Shown: positions 1 to 18,175, counted from the stretch's first letter. The stretch is DNA of 64,000 bases from Eledone cirrhosa (GCA_964016885.1 OZ024742.1:216876001-216940000); one strand, 5' to 3'. Notes: a model not told the origin generated them from the sequence alone. Program-made: numbers and translations.

Positions 1-450
<450 letters not shown>

Positions 451-895
451 ATACCCATGTAAGCAATATCATACCTACTGAAATACAATTTTAGTACGTG
501 ATTTTTGATTTCTTGCAAAGTAAAGTTATGCTTCTTACTCTTGAAATATAACGCTTGTTACCTTTGAAATATAACACTAATATTGACACAGACAAAATCA
601 TGGGATGTTTATATCTATCAACCTATCTCTTCCCTTTTACTCTTCTCTCTCTTTCTCTTTCTCTCTCTCTCTATATATATATATATACGTGTGTGAATGT
701 TTTTTTGTGTGTGTGAGTTTGTGTGCATATATGTCTCTGTGTGTGTGTGTGTATGTATGTATAAAGAAAGATAGATACACAGATAGATAAGCAGATAGAT
801 ATACATCCATGTACATAAACATCGGTCCATACACATATATATGTATATAAATAAATATATATATACATATGTGTGTGTGTATGTATGTATGTATG

Positions 896-944
<49 letters not shown>

Positions 945-1138
945 CTGTGTGTCGGATGGTAGCTAAGATGCTTCCATAGGCGGTATGCCGGTTGAGCACT
1001 CTATACTCTTACAGAGCAGAGTATGATATAATATAAAACGATAAATCAGTGATGCATCTGAACTCAATTTATTGTGTGTGAGTTTGTGTGCGTATATGTC
1101 TGTGTGTTCAGATGCATCACTGATTTTTCGTTTTATAT

Positions 1139-1171
<33 letters not shown>

Positions 1172-1792
1172 CAATGAATTGAATTTAAACATATTCACAA
1201 TTTCTGCCACAGAGTCTCTCATAAACGTTCACAGATACACTTACATAAATGTTAAGATTGTTTCCATAAATATACATACACAGATATATTTAATATGCAA
1301 GTATACATATGTTTATGATGTATAGTTGCATATGAGAATGATTAGAATGAAAATGAATTGAGTGGCATGTATTCGAACGTTGAGTATCATGGACCAGGTT
1401 CGGCTTGAAATGAATTCGTATAAGATTGGTGACGAAACACAACAGTATTCTCACCATCGATATAGGTATATGTGCGCGGATCGCCGAGGAAATGGGGGAT
1501 AGAAACAATGAAATAATCGAAAGCAAAAGCATACATTGCACTTAGACACGAAGACACAATGTGAATATAATTACACAATGTTCTCTACATATTACTTGGG
1601 AGATTAAAACACTTTTTCTAAAGTCATAGTCAGATACTTGCTGCCATTTCTGACAGTATCCGTCCTTCTAATTGTGAATGAGTCATAGTGTAGGTGGCTA
1701 TCTATGTATGTTTTATATGTCTGGTGTATGATGATTAGAGACAAATTGTAGTGTAGATTTCTGTATGTAATTTTGCATATATACACACACTC

Positions 1793-1885
<93 letters not shown>

Positions 1886-1892
1886 TGTGTAA

Positions 1893-1961
<69 letters not shown>

Positions 1962-1969
1962 ACGTAAGC

Positions 1970-2080
1970 TCGGGTTTGATCACATTACGTGGTATATAAC
2001 ATAAGTGTCTTTTACTGTAATTTCAACCCAGACAAAGCCTTGTGAGTGACATTGTGTATATGAAAACTGTTTGGGAGCCA
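1970..2080 (+). mobile_element. Degenerate SINE fragment of a second, CORE-type family
   Basis: 'taagtgtcttttactgtaa...caaagccttgtgagtg...gaaaactg' resembles, from memory, a common cephalopod SINE body. A CORE-like motif 'gtccttgagcaagacact' also occurs at 13981-13998. Confidence 0.35.
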
Positions 2081-2204
2081 GTATCAGATGCTTGCATTAC
2101 ACAGCGTCACATGCAATCTAATTGGGGTTTACATTAAAAGGTACAGTTGAGAAAGAAATACCTATAGTATATATATATATATATATACATATATATATGT
2201 GTGG

Positions 2205-2260
<56 letters not shown>

Positions 2261-2482
2261 GTGAGGTTTTTTTTACAAAATGAAAACTAACCGAGGTGCT
2301 CCTACACGAGTGAAAGTATAAAGAAAAAGAGATGAAATCGAAAATGCAACTGGAGTCTTATTTTTTTTTTAAATATATATATTTATTTGGTTCCTTTTAA
2401 ATATATATATTTATTTGGAACCAAATAAATATATATATTCTTTTTAAAAATAAGGCTCCAGTTGTATTTTCGATTTCATCTC

Positions 2483-2694
<212 letters not shown>

Positions 2695-2699
2695 GTTTG

Positions 2700-2730
<31 letters not shown>

Positions 2731-2997
2731 TATTGATAAATATTGATAAATATATATATATTAAATATTATAAATATAAAGATATTAATGTTATTTCTTT
2801 GATAATAATGTATAGTCAACTCTCTGACAAAGCAGTCTTTCTTCATTTATGAGAAATACCATTACTGATTATGAGAATTGTTAGCAATCTAAATTATATA
2901 TAGATGGGTGTGTGTGTATGTATATATCTGTATATATGAATGTATATGTCTATACATATATGTACGTAGGTGTATATATGTTTGTGTTAGTGTTTAG

Positions 2998-3090
<93 letters not shown>

Positions 3091-3620
3091 GTGAGAGTTA
3101 TATGCATATATCTATGTGTCTATGTATGTATGCATGCATATATGTATGCATGTATGTATGTATCTATGTATGTATGTATGTATTTATGTATGTATAATCC
3201 ACAACCTGAATTCTATTATATGCGGGAAATAAACTGATATCGCATCATTACTATATTCCCCTGTTCACGGACTAAGAATCACAGACACTCCCCGATGCTC
3301 CATCGTATTTTATTTAATTTTTATTTTCGTTTTTTCTTTCCTTTCTATATGACGAACGCCCTGGGACAGAGTGGAAGAGTAGTCTACCTTCCTTGTAGAG
3401 TGGAAGTGAATGCTGTTTGGTTGCAGTACCTGGTTGTAGCCATTTGTTGTTACTTACTAATGGATGCCTTTAAAGTGAGGCATTATCATCACGCAGTCAC
3501 ACAATCCCCTCTCCTCTGTAATATCCTGGGTCCTGTAAAGACTATGGTAAGAAAATCGATTGTAGAGTTCAAAATATATCACTCCAGATACTACAAATAT
3601 ATATATATGTAAATATATAT

Positions 3621-3765
<145 letters not shown>

Positions 3766-3810
3766 GTGTATATATATATATATATATATATACATTTACA
3801 TATGAGAAAA

Positions 3811-3955
<145 letters not shown>

Positions 3956-4300
3956 GTGTATATATATATATATATATATATACATTTACATATGAGAAAA
4001 CTTTCTGCAACGTAGAAATATAATTCTTTCGTAATTATATATGTAACCAATCTTGAAAAAAAAAATGAAAAAAAAATAATGAAAGAAAAACAAACAAAAT
4101 TTCCAATTTAACTTTCTTGCCAACAAATAGACCTATATCTATGTTAGAATATTGTTCTCTTTTATTTAAATTTTTTCTGTAATCAAACAATCGAACATAT
4201 TTCAACAACTTGAATTTTATATACCTTCCTCGTACGTATAATAATTAATCGATGTTTCATAAATCTACCAAGAAGAACATTTTCTGTTCTCTTCAAGCCA

Positions 4301-4450
<150 letters not shown>

Positions 4451-6042
4451 GCATGTATATATATATACATATATATATATGCATGTATGTATATATATAT
4501 ACATACAAACATATATATATATATGTGTGTGTGTAAATGTATATATAAATACATATATATGTGTGTGTGTGTATGTATATATATATATGTGTGTGTGTGT
4601 ATACATATATGTGTATATATATATATTTATATATATATATATTTAATAACACGTTATATAATAATTTTTTCATAAAAATAAAACTAAATAAAAGATAAAT
4701 TTATTACAAAACTACGCCAACCAATTTAAATTCAATAACCAACAAAAACAACCCAAAATGAACAGCATTGTATATCAAAATGGCTTCCAATTCACCTAGA
4801 AGCGTGTAGTTGACATCTGATTCCTTTCGTCCATAACAAACATTATATTTCTACTTTACTTTGCTTAAGTTTATGTATGTATATATGCGTGTCTGTACAT
4901 TAGATGGATATATGCCTTTGTCTGTGTGTCTGAGTGGGGGATTTCATCCTTTCTTTCACCGTTTTAAACTCATTCAAATTTACTAAGGATTTACAAATGC
5001 GTAAAACACCTTGAAAAAAAAAAGAGAAAACAAAAAGTAATGTTAACAAATTTTAAAACATTTAAATTTCGCAGTAATACAAACACACACATTCTCTTCA
5101 CGCATGCACATATATTCTCCTTTGATACACACCCCTAGGTACCAAATCATGTTTCAGCAGACCAACTATCTTACATGCCAACCTATCTAGCTACAATAAA
5201 CTCGCACACACTCACACATAGACACACACAGACACACATGCATATAGATATACAACACATATATTCATGCATACCTATGGGTACATATATATATATTCAA
5301 CACATATATTCATGTATACCTATGGGTACATATATATATACACATATACATATAGGTATATATAAATGAATATATATATATATATAAATATATATGCGTG
5401 AGTCTATGTTTACAGAAACTCTACACAATATTCAGTCATTGAAATCTGAGATTATCGCCCCTTAGTCGACCTCTTGCCACCGTAATATGTGGATATTAAT
5501 TTTTAGTTGATTTTAATGTTTTTAATTTCTTTTTGGGGTTTTTATAATGTATTCTTTTTCTTAAATATTTAACCATTCACAAGAAAAAACTGGCTGCTTC
5601 TCACAAAATGAAATGCCCTTACACAATACACATATATCAATAGTTGCCAACACAAATATATCTTCATACATTAAATATACAAGCAACAATGCATAACTGA
5701 AGACAAAAACAAACGTATAATGTTTCTTCTTAAAACAAACAAAATTGTTTGAAATGAGTTAAAATAAATGTGGAAAAGAAAAGGGGAAATTTTCACATTT
5801 CGTAAACAAATTTGATTTAACTATGGTTCCAAATTCAGAAATGAAATGAAATAGCTAACGTAAGAAAAGAGAATAATTTACGTTTCCGTTACATCTAAAA
5901 AAAAAAAACATGACAAGAGCTGTTCAAAATTAAGAAAATTCTCGCCTAAAAATATTGAAGATAGTATGTGATATTGCGTGAAAGAGAGAGAGGAATACAT
6001 TAAAAGGTTATAACACTCCAAGTCAGCGAGAGAGGGGGTATG

Positions 6043-6126
<84 letters not shown>

Positions 6127-6239
6127 AATATATAAATACATATATATATACATATATATATAGAGAGAGAGATATATATATAGATATAGATATATATGGA
6201 GAGAGAGAGAGGGGGAGAGATGTATATTTATATACACAC

Positions 6240-6289
<50 letters not shown>

Positions 6290-6411
6290 GTATATATATT
6301 TATATATGTGTGTGTGTGTGTATATATATATGTATGTAGTATGTATGCATGTATATTTATATGCATGCATACATACATAATATATATAGTTGTCTATATA
6401 TATAACTATAC

Positions 6412-6477
<66 letters not shown>

Positions 6478-6795
6478 TTGTCTGTTTGTTGTGTGTGTCT
6501 ATACGGATATGTATGTATGCGTAGAAGGAAGGATGGATGTATATTCTGAGAACGAGTGAGATGAAACAAACGAAAGCTGGAAAGAAATATGTACAAGTAC
6601 AAATATTCAGTGAAAAAGTCCGAGAGAGAAAGAAAGACAGAGAATAATATACGGCGACATTGAAACTGGGATGACTGAAAAAAATAATAAAATGATGGAA
6701 AGAACGTGAAAGGAAAGAGACAGAGTGAGTGTTCAATTTTTTTTATTGAATTATGATCGAAATCATTTGATCAAATCAAATAATTAAAAAAGAAA

Positions 6796-7083
<288 letters not shown>

Positions 7084-7597
7084 ATATATATATGAAAGAA
7101 ACAAAATCACAAGGTATTAAAGAGTTTTCTACAATATATCCGAGCTTTTGATATTTCGTCAGAGCTTGTATACAATAATACTAAATATTCCACATTTCTG
7201 GTAATGGGGGAGGTGTCTTTCATTCGAGAAAATATGTTATTTTCAGGATTGGTGAACTTTGGAAATAATATACAAAAGACCGAAGTATCAATTATAAAAC
7301 TTCACTCCACTGAGAGTATAAATCAGTAGAAATTTAAAAAAATATTTTCACCCTGTTTAACCGATCATCAGCGTATGATAACCAAGAAATCTAAAGCGGA
7401 AAAAAACTTTTTTGTACTACCAAAATGAGGGATTGATATAGTAGTATTTTATGAAATTTACTTTAGATTTCCATATATATACACACGTATATAAATATGT
7501 TTTGTGTGTGACTGAATGTGTTTGTGTGTGTATGCGAGTCCATGCATACATACACATATACATAAATACGTGTGTGTGAGTGTGTGTGTATGCCTGT

Positions 7598-7685
<88 letters not shown>

Positions 7686-8163
7686 GACATATGTGCATAT
7701 ATACATGTGTATACATGTATATATATGCGCGTATATACATGTGTGTGCGTGCTTGCGCGTCTGTGTGTATATATACACCGTGATTGTATTTATATAAAAT
7801 AAACCGTGTTCAAGGGTGTAATGAAAACTTCATTATGAAAAATGGAGAGATACAAATCTGAAAGAATTTGGAAGAAAAACTGAAGCTTTGAAGATAAACT
7901 AATGAATTATGTCAAAGATTACATGTCCAAAATTACATTTCGTTTGTATTGGTGTTGTGATTCTAACTGGTGTTTTGATTTGAAACATGAAGTATATTTT
8001 TTTTTGTTTTTTGTTCTTTTTCTTCAGTATTCCATGGTAAAAGAAAATATATAACCACCATTGATTATCTGTCATGTAAGATATGTTGACATATATTGAT
8101 ATCTATAAATGTATACAGCTTACCTTATTTTTTGTATGCGAGTAGACACACATTCACTCACGC

Positions 8164-8194
<31 letters not shown>

Positions 8195-8269
8195 GTATAT
8201 ATATATATATATATATACATACATACATATATATACATATGTATATATTTATATATATATATATATACA

Positions 8270-8341
<72 letters not shown>

Positions 8342-8427
8342 AGTGTATATGTATACATTTACATATATATATATATATATAAATATATATACATAAACAT
8401 ATATATATATGTACGTATATATATATA

Positions 8428-8501
<74 letters not shown>

Positions 8502-8542
8502 TATACCCATACATACATGCATATACATATATATTCATATTA

Positions 8543-8594
<52 letters not shown>

Positions 8595-8648
8595 ACATAT
8601 ATATATACATATACATATATATATATATATAAATATATATACAGAAAC

Positions 8649-8679
<31 letters not shown>

Positions 8680-8801
8680 CATAAATATATATATACACAT
8701 ACATACATGCATATACATATATATTCATATTAATATATATATATATATATACATATACATACATGCATATACATATATATTCATATTAATATATATATAT
8801 A

Positions 8802-8893
<92 letters not shown>

Positions 8894-8973
8894 TATGAAT
8901 ATATATATATACATATAGATAAATATGTATATATATATATATACACATGCATTCATATACATATATATTCATA

Positions 8974-9068
<95 letters not shown>

Positions 9069-9533
9069 ATAAAAGTGTGTATGGTTATATATAAATATTT
9101 ATATATATATAGATAAATACATGCATACATGCATACATATATGTAAATTCATTTTCACATACATGATTACCGTACTGTTGTAAGCTTCATGTTATTTTTA
9201 ATGTTGGTAAAATAATGTATAGACATTATATATGTGTGTATATGTATACTTGTGTATGTGTGTGCATGTGCACGCCCGGATTTATACAAAGCCTTCATGC
9301 ATATATGGCCAGATAAATGATCAATGCATACTTAGTATGTGTTAAATGTCTTAAACTTTACTATGGATTCGTTGTTTGTAAAAGGAGAACATACAACGGA
9401 ACAAAACGCCTGAGCCCTATGCCTCTTTTCTTGTTTTCTTAATAAAACAAGGGAGCGCAGGTTTGTTTACCTATTTTTTTATTATATTCTAATCCATCGG
9501 CTCGTGTTCATAATTGCTTGAAATGTATGTTTC

Positions 9534-9694
<161 letters not shown>

Positions 9695-10172
9695 CATACA
9701 TATATATATTTATACATATGTATACGTATGAATATATATATATATGTGTGTACGTATGTGCGTGTGAGTATATATACATATATATATATATACATATATA
9801 TATATACATATATATATACATATATATATACACACACACTATATATATATATATATATATATATTTCATTGAGAAAATACGTATATAATCATCCTGTCTT
9901 GCGGTGTGATTGAGAATCAGAATGTATAAATATATAAAGACACTTTTCTTTGTATTTCTTTATTAATTCATTAGGCCAACCGTTCGTTAAATTAAAAATC
10001 TATTCAAAATTACCTTAAAACGTAACCTTAAATATAATCGATGAAATAATTGTTTAATTGAGTGCATTTACATATATATTATTAACAACAAAAACGAGAA
10101 AAATTATATTGAGCAGTGTGTACACAGGCAAGAATTTGTGTTGTGTGATTCATTAATGGCATGCGTTGGTAC

Positions 10173-10218
<46 letters not shown>

Positions 10219-10227
10219 GTATGTATA

Positions 10228-10320
<93 letters not shown>

Positions 10321-10329
10321 TTATGTATG

Positions 10330-10436
<107 letters not shown>

Positions 10437-10459
10437 TTATGTATGTATATATATATATG

Positions 10460-10526
<67 letters not shown>

Positions 10527-10725
10527 GTATATATATATATATGTATTTATATATGTATATTTATATATATATATATGTGTCTGTGTATGGGTATAGATGT
10601 GTAGTTATATATATGCATATATATATATATACGTATATATTATATACATATATGCATATATATATATACACATATATACCCACATACAGACATATATATA
10701 TATAAACGTATATATATACATATGC

Positions 10726-10781
<56 letters not shown>

Positions 10782-10795
10782 TATATATATACATA

Positions 10796-10852
<57 letters not shown>

Positions 10853-11271
10853 AGTTAGGGGAAATTTGAAAGAACGATGTAATTTTTTTGTTTCTTTGTT
10901 TTAGTTTTGATTTATTCAGAATTACTTTTGATTTTCCTTACATATTTGTGCTGATGTGTATATATGTAGTACCTGTACTATTGACAAAAAAAAATGATAC
11001 AAATGTGTAATCCGGAACATGATGACAAATAAATCATTTTATAAGACACTAATTCAGTCTTCACCAGCATGAAAAATGGCTGCTGAATAAATCAGTTATC
11101 TTCCCTGGCATTGACCTCTCTTTCGTGTCATTGTCAGTGATATGTGGTTTTGAGGGCTTATACTGAAAAACACAGTATATCCGTATCATGAATAATGTAT
11201 CTGTTTTACCGTTTAATCAGAATTACAGTTATGCTTACCTATTTCAAAGACTAAAACATTGATATATATAC

Positions 11272-11389
<118 letters not shown>

Positions 11390-11407
11390 ATATATATATA
11401 TACATAT

Positions 11408-11472
<65 letters not shown>

Positions 11473-11475
11473 TAT

Positions 11476-11571
<96 letters not shown>

Positions 11572-12222
11572 TGATTAAGAGAACCAGAGAATGAAATCAA
11601 CAAATTATGAAAATGTGGAAAAATATTTTACAAAGGAAAATTATAGAACAATCAAGAAAATTTCGTGTTTGGTTTGTAAAATAATAATTTTAAAATTATT
11701 TTGAAAGCAAATGGTTTATGAATGCTAGCTGTTTATCAATTTGTGTTGTGACATTGACAAGGTTTAGACTATAGAGCTGATAAATAAGGGTTTATTTAGA
11801 GCTCTCTATCTATTATTGGTATTAGCGATTGATAATTAAACGCCGTTTCCAAATTCATGAACACAGACACTTGATCATAGATAACCGTATCTAGACTTAT
11901 ATCTCGTATATCTACTCAATGCACACCCACATATAAACGCAGATGGACATACACCCACAGACACTAATATATATATATATATATATATAATTAGTTGCAA
12001 CGGTGTCTTATACAGGTATTTAAGTTTAGTTGGGTTATACACCTAACTCATTCAGCCTGTTATATTAAAAGAAAAATATTTTTATGTTGTAACAAGCTGA
12101 ATGAGTTGTGGTGTATAACCCAACGAAATTTTAGTATCTATATGTCACTGTTGTAACTAATTATACGTAACTCGTCCTATGGACTGAGTGCTCTTACCCT
12201 TGGATATTTGTACAAAGCTTAT

Positions 12223-12262
<40 letters not shown>

Positions 12263-12294
12263 ATATAAAAATGTGTTGTGTGTGTATGTATGTA

Positions 12295-12343
<49 letters not shown>

Positions 12344-13499
12344 TTGAGTTCCGAGATATATCAAAAGAAGACAAATAAAATAAAGAACGTATTTCGGTAA
12401 TTTATTATTATTCTTCCTCCGATTATAAAAACCACCGATTTCTAACTGTTTGCGAAGTTTTATTTCTGTCTAGACCAAATTCCTTATATCGATTCTTTTG
12501 TTATATCTACTGTAGCCTCTGATTGTCTGTGATACCTTGGTGTGGACGTTCAAATAATATATTCTGAAAATATATAACTTACAAATATCCTAATGGATAT
12601 TTTTTTAAATGGTACTATAAGTCTTTAGCATTCTATTAGAAAGTTTCAGCACATTTATTGCTAATACTTTAATACAATATCCTCAGATTATTGATATTTC
12701 ACTTTATAAAGGAAATATACCACTGGTTAAAAATATCTATCACATAACATGTATTATATATACATATGTTTCCAAATATATAGAACTCCTTTTCACGCTA
12801 CGTATATCTCTTTGTATTTTAGAGTTTAATACCAATAGCATTTGTTAAAAGTAAATGAGTATATTCTAAATACACTAAGTTACCAAACTTCTCCCTAATA
12901 CAGATCGGTTAAACCTATGTAAATCATCAGGAATATATTTGGAAGCTTGCACTGAAAATATAAAACACTTTTTATTTTAAAAGATATGCAATTTAATGCA
13001 CTTTTCAGGATAATACTTAATTTACTCAATTTCCTGTTCAAGTACTTATTATCTACACTAACAAACCATGTCATTCTCACATGAATACTTCCTCCTGGCC
13101 AAAATCATTGTAATATTGAATAGAAGAGAACGATATTGATACAAATGTTTCAAACAAAATTCTTTATTATTCATGTTCCTATTACTGAAGCATTACTGTG
13201 TTAGTTTGATGCATATGAGAACAAATAAATTAACAAGGTAGGAATTCAAATTCATAAATGCAAATTTGAATCCAAATCTTTCAAATAATTAAAACGAATC
13301 ATTCAGATTTATATCCATTTTTCCTAATGAGTGTTCTTGTGTTATTTATACTAATTTCTATTTGTACTTCAAACATGTAGACCCAATCTATTAAGCATAC
13401 TCCGATATTACTTTCAATGGCATATATTGTTTATTACTTTAGATAATTGCCCTGTCTACCATAAATTAATATGGCTTCTAATATTGATAGGGAGGGGAA

Positions 13500-13640
13500 T
13501 TAGTAGATTCAGTAGAGCGTTAGACAAACTGTCATGCAGTTCCTATTTCCAATCGAGTCGAGGTTCATTTTGCCTTTCATCCTTCTGGGCTCATTAAAAG
13601 TACTGGTTAAGCACTGGCGACTAGTTAATCGACTCTATAC
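13500..13640 (+). mobile_element. Old, diverged tRNA-SINE copy
   Basis: Retains the 'ttttgcctttcatccttctgggctcattaaaagtactgg' core shared with younger copies. Confidence 0.6.
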
Positions 13641-13850
13641 ACTACTCAGCATGTTGCCGTACGCCTTCGTTAAAATTCAACATTAATACCATGGACATTT
13701 ATATAATATATATGTAGGGGTTTCCTTGAATTTGTTATATTATAGATTATTTCACACATACTGATGAAGGCATTTTATTTTTAGATTGAAATAAATCAGA
13801 TTGTTTTCCGACATTGAACCACGCAGCAATATGACTGTTATGTTATGTTT

Positions 13851-13979
<129 letters not shown>

Positions 13980-14344
13980 TGTCCTTGAGCAAGACACTTT
14001 ATTTCACGTTGCTCCTTGTACCTGGGTTTGCGACAGATAGATAGTATTAGCAATTGGAAAGACCAATGGGAACATTGTTTTCTCGGTCCAATTTAACGAA
14101 AGTCGATCGACTGTCGGTACATATGACAGAAGCAGCTTGATAATGAATGTTTATCTTCCCCATTAGGTGGCTATTGTGGTCTGGCTTCGTGAGTCGAGTT
14201 TTAGAGAATGGGTGAGCCGCGTTTGATTTGCCGAATTGGAGGCTGAGTAGGGATTGTTCGGCAGGCATCATAGGTACAGGCTGGCGTTCGGGTTAGGGTA
14301 TTTGGTGAGCGTTGGTAGACTTATTGGAGCAATAACTGTCTTAT

Positions 14345-14443
<99 letters not shown>

Positions 14444-15779
14444 GGTAAAGAAGAATATAAGTTTAATCGACTGAATCTACTTTGATAAATGCACTTATTT
14501 TATAGAGTTCGGAAGCTCAGACGTAATGTTGTTTCGTGTGTTATTTAGACTCATATCAGTATGTGCTACATTGGTGAATGCATGTAATACTATTCTCAGC
14601 TCCTTATATCAGCTCCCTTCTATCCTACCATTGTAACTAATATTGGCTTTAATTATGGTGACCGGCATAGAACAAAAGGTTAGCCTCTGTGCAATTAGTT
14701 TCACGATCCGTTTTGAAATCCCATTTAACGTCAACTTTCTTCACTTAGCTCAACAATACTGTGTAGGAAATAAGAAATAATATTGACTTTATTTGTAATA
14801 AAACGATGCTATGGGGTGAACTCCGGGTGACCAGATTCCAGTTCTTTGTGAAGAGGATTCTGTTCCTTTACACTACAAGTTCTTTTGAGAGGGTATGTTG
14901 TAATACCCATTACTAGAGCTATAGAGATGTGTGCCAAATCAAACAATTATTTACGCTGACTTCAATTAATCAAGAAGTTTCAGTAATTTCTGAATAAAAC
15001 AAGTAACATCTCTGTTAACTTCAAGGCGTCACGAAAAGTCGGTCTAACATTTCCTACGTATAAACGATTATTAATAGAGAGAACAAAACGAAAGTGAGAG
15101 AGACGAAAAGGAAGTTGAGTGGCAATGTCATAGAGTAGGAGAAAGAACAGCAACACGCAAGTTTTCGTGTCTGTTGGTATAACGAACGTGTGTATGTGTG
15201 TGTGTGCTTGTGTGTACGTTTAGATATTCGCGTTTAAAATGTGAAAGAAATTCTGAGATAATTAACCAAATTTGTTAGATTTGAAATATTTAGCAATTTC
15301 AATAACAAATGTAATGAAATAAATGAAACACTTTTAAATCTGTACTAAAAAAGAAAGAAAATAAGATTTTGCTAAATATTTACTGATTGAGTCTAAATGG
15401 TCATTGATAAAATCTGCGGTCAAAACAAGCATGTTAACGTATATGTCTTCGTAAATTGATGCTAGCACTATTTTACGTAATTATGTAAAATTATATAACC
15501 TTATTGCTATATTTATACAGATATTAATATTCTTTAGGCGTATTTAAAGAAGATCAATAATAATAGCGAAAATAATTCTTTCAGAACCGAAATAATTGAT
15601 TCAGAATTATATAATGAATCAAATTGTAAAAAATGAAATGCACACACATTTGCACTCCCCACACTTACTCATACGTAAAGAGACACATGACAGATAGATA
15701 AATACAGAGAAAGAAAGGAGGAAGAGAGGGTGAGAGAGAGATTGAGTGAGATAGATAGACAGATAGAGAGAGAGATGAA

Positions 15780-15784
15780 TAGAC

Positions 15785-15856
<72 letters not shown>
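15780..15856. repeat. (GATA)n tetranucleotide microsatellite (another at 30997-31064)
   Basis: Direct reading. Confidence 0.95.
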
Positions 15857-17032
15857 CATTGGCCAAATGCAGGAAATATATTTTGCTTAAGTTGTGCGAT
15901 ATTGTTCGTTGTTTTATCCAATGCCATCACTAATTTAGCAGATATAGGATCAACGGCATTCCAACTGTGGCCATCCTATAGTATAATTAGTACTATCGTG
16001 TCAGATGTGGCTATCCCATTTTAATATTGGGAGACTGTGATATGAAGGAAATTTGACTGTTAGTTTTTGCAGGTTAAGCTACCTATAGAAGTTCCAGCGC
16101 CGGCCGCTACAACAATTGTTTACTATAGTAAACAATTGTTGTGCTAGCCGCTTAGATATAGAAAATTATCATATGGTCTTATAGTTCACTGTTATGAGTA
16201 GGATCAGATCGCAAACTTTTAATTTTTCATTATTTTTACTTTTTTTGCATAATGACAAGAACCCTTGACGAGGCGTTTAAATAAATTAGTGTAGTTAATT
16301 AAATCCACTTCCAATATTAGAAATCTTAATTTTAATTATTATTTACAGTATCAAATTCCACGGGTGACAATTTTTCTTTACATCCTTCCAGGGTCGATAA
16401 ATTAAAGTACCATACAGGAGTCCATATACCAACATTTCTCATATTATGTCTGTTAAAAACAATTATAATTATATTAAAACCGGAAAAATATTTTGTGGTA
16501 GTCTTTAAGCTAGGTGTCGATAAAACAAGTACCAATCAACTACTAGACATGATTTACACTCGACCATTCTTAGTCTAAAATTTTGGGGCTTTGTTTTGAT
16601 GTAAGAAATAATTAATTTTCTGGTCTCGTGAGTAATTAAGTAAAGTAAGCAGTAACTGAAGAAGGAAGAAAGGGAGATGAAGAATATAATGTGCACTAAA
16701 ACTGTATACACCAGCCCACCCTCCTGTAAGTAAAGTGTGTCATTTATCTGTTAAACTTATTCCACTAGACTAGACACAGAAGGATGTTTCTCATCCTCTC
16801 TTTATAGATGGAAAATCAAGATATAATCTATGATTACTTATAATTCACCAATTGGTGCATCCCTTTTAACCAATGATATTATTTATCCACAAAGACTTGT
16901 GGATTGACTTAACAAGCAGAGTCGGTAGAGTACTGGGCACAATATATTGCAGATTTAGTCAAACATCTCGTCGAAATCATATCTGATATGAAGATTTGTA
17001 CATTTATAAGAAATCATTATTATGCAACTTCA

Positions 17033-17218
17033 AGGGCGGTGAATTGGCAGTATCGGTAGAGGGTTGGATTATGCTTTCCAGCATAGTTACGTCCCTTTAC
17101 GATCTGAGTTCAATTCCCGCCGAGGTTAACTTTGCCTTTCATCCTTACGGGGTCGATAAAATAAAGTACCAGTAATGTACTGGAATAATTGCTGGCCTTG
17201 TGCCAAAAAGTAGAAACA
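17033..17218 (+). mobile_element. tRNA-derived SINE with Nin/Deu-like core, full length, with TSD
   Basis: A-box-like TGGCAGTATCGG; B-box GAGTTCAATTCC; core GCCTTTCATCCTTACGGGGTCGATAAAATAAAGTACCAG; ATT tail. Flanking direct repeat attattatgcaacttca at 17016-17032 and 17219-17235. Confidence 0.92.
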
Positions 17219-17848
17219 ATTATTATGCAACTTCATTGATTCTATATATATATATAAACGGATGAGAACATTATTAGTTACTGTGTATCGAGTGACCTTG
17301 AGCAAGAGGTAAAGCTGCTGGTGAGTTGAAGTCACGATTCTGATTTCGGTTCATTGTGCGTTCATTTACGTTGTTTATTTCCTTGTGCGAGGCATGAACG
17401 ACAACAATGACTACCATCACGACTATAAACACCACTATTATTTCCTCTTTTAGTCTATCCTAAAGGTCTATAATTAGGCCTGGCGTGGAATGGGCTCCAC
17501 CAGGCTTAAAATGCCCAAGAAACGCCGTATGTCAATATGGCGACCATACCATACCAAAGGTCCATATACATTCTTCACCTTCTCGGAGTCACTTAAAATA
17601 GACTGTCAAATATCTTACAATTTAGGATACTGTCCAACATAAAAAAATATTTCTAAAAGTATATCACCGAAGACAACAAAAGCTTCTCTCTGATTTAATA
17701 TCAATTCTACTACTACGACTACTACCACTCCACAATTATTACTCCTACTAGAATATAAATCATTATGATTCCGTGTAGTAATGGTACTTAACTTAAAAAC
17801 ACATTCATATCATGAAAATAATTTACTTTCATTTTTTTAATATGTTAT

Positions 17849-17849
<1 letters not shown>

Positions 17850-17936
<87 letters not shown>

Positions 17937-18007
17937 CGTGTGTGTGTGTGTGTGCGTGTGTGTGTGCGCGCGTGTGTGTGCGTGTGTGTGCGTGTGTGTG
18001 TGTGTGC

Positions 18008-18069
<62 letters not shown>

Positions 18070-18175
18070 GTGTGTGTGCGCGCGTGCGTGTGTGTGTGTG
18101 TGTGTGTGTATGTGTCTGTGTGTGTGTGTGTGTGTGCGTGCGTGCGTGTGTCTGTGTGTGTGTGTGTATATATAT
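17850..18175. repeat. (TG)n/(CG) compound microsatellite (similar at 31281-31400 and 31585-31912)
   Basis: Direct reading. Confidence 0.95.

Noticed and set aside
1387-1786. Short minus-strand ORFs with non-repetitive peptides
   Set aside because: No recognisable homology and weak splice signals; cannot be supported as exons.
13761-13800. CTGATGA...GAAA hammerhead-like motif
   Set aside because: Stem II and flanking helices do not pair convincingly.
14047-14340. GC-richer island with a 74-aa ORF
   Set aside because: No motif recognised in any frame; probably an unidentified repeat fragment.
17033-17125. tRNA gene (A and B boxes)
   Set aside because: No cloverleaf; it is the head of a multi-copy SINE with a tail and TSDs.
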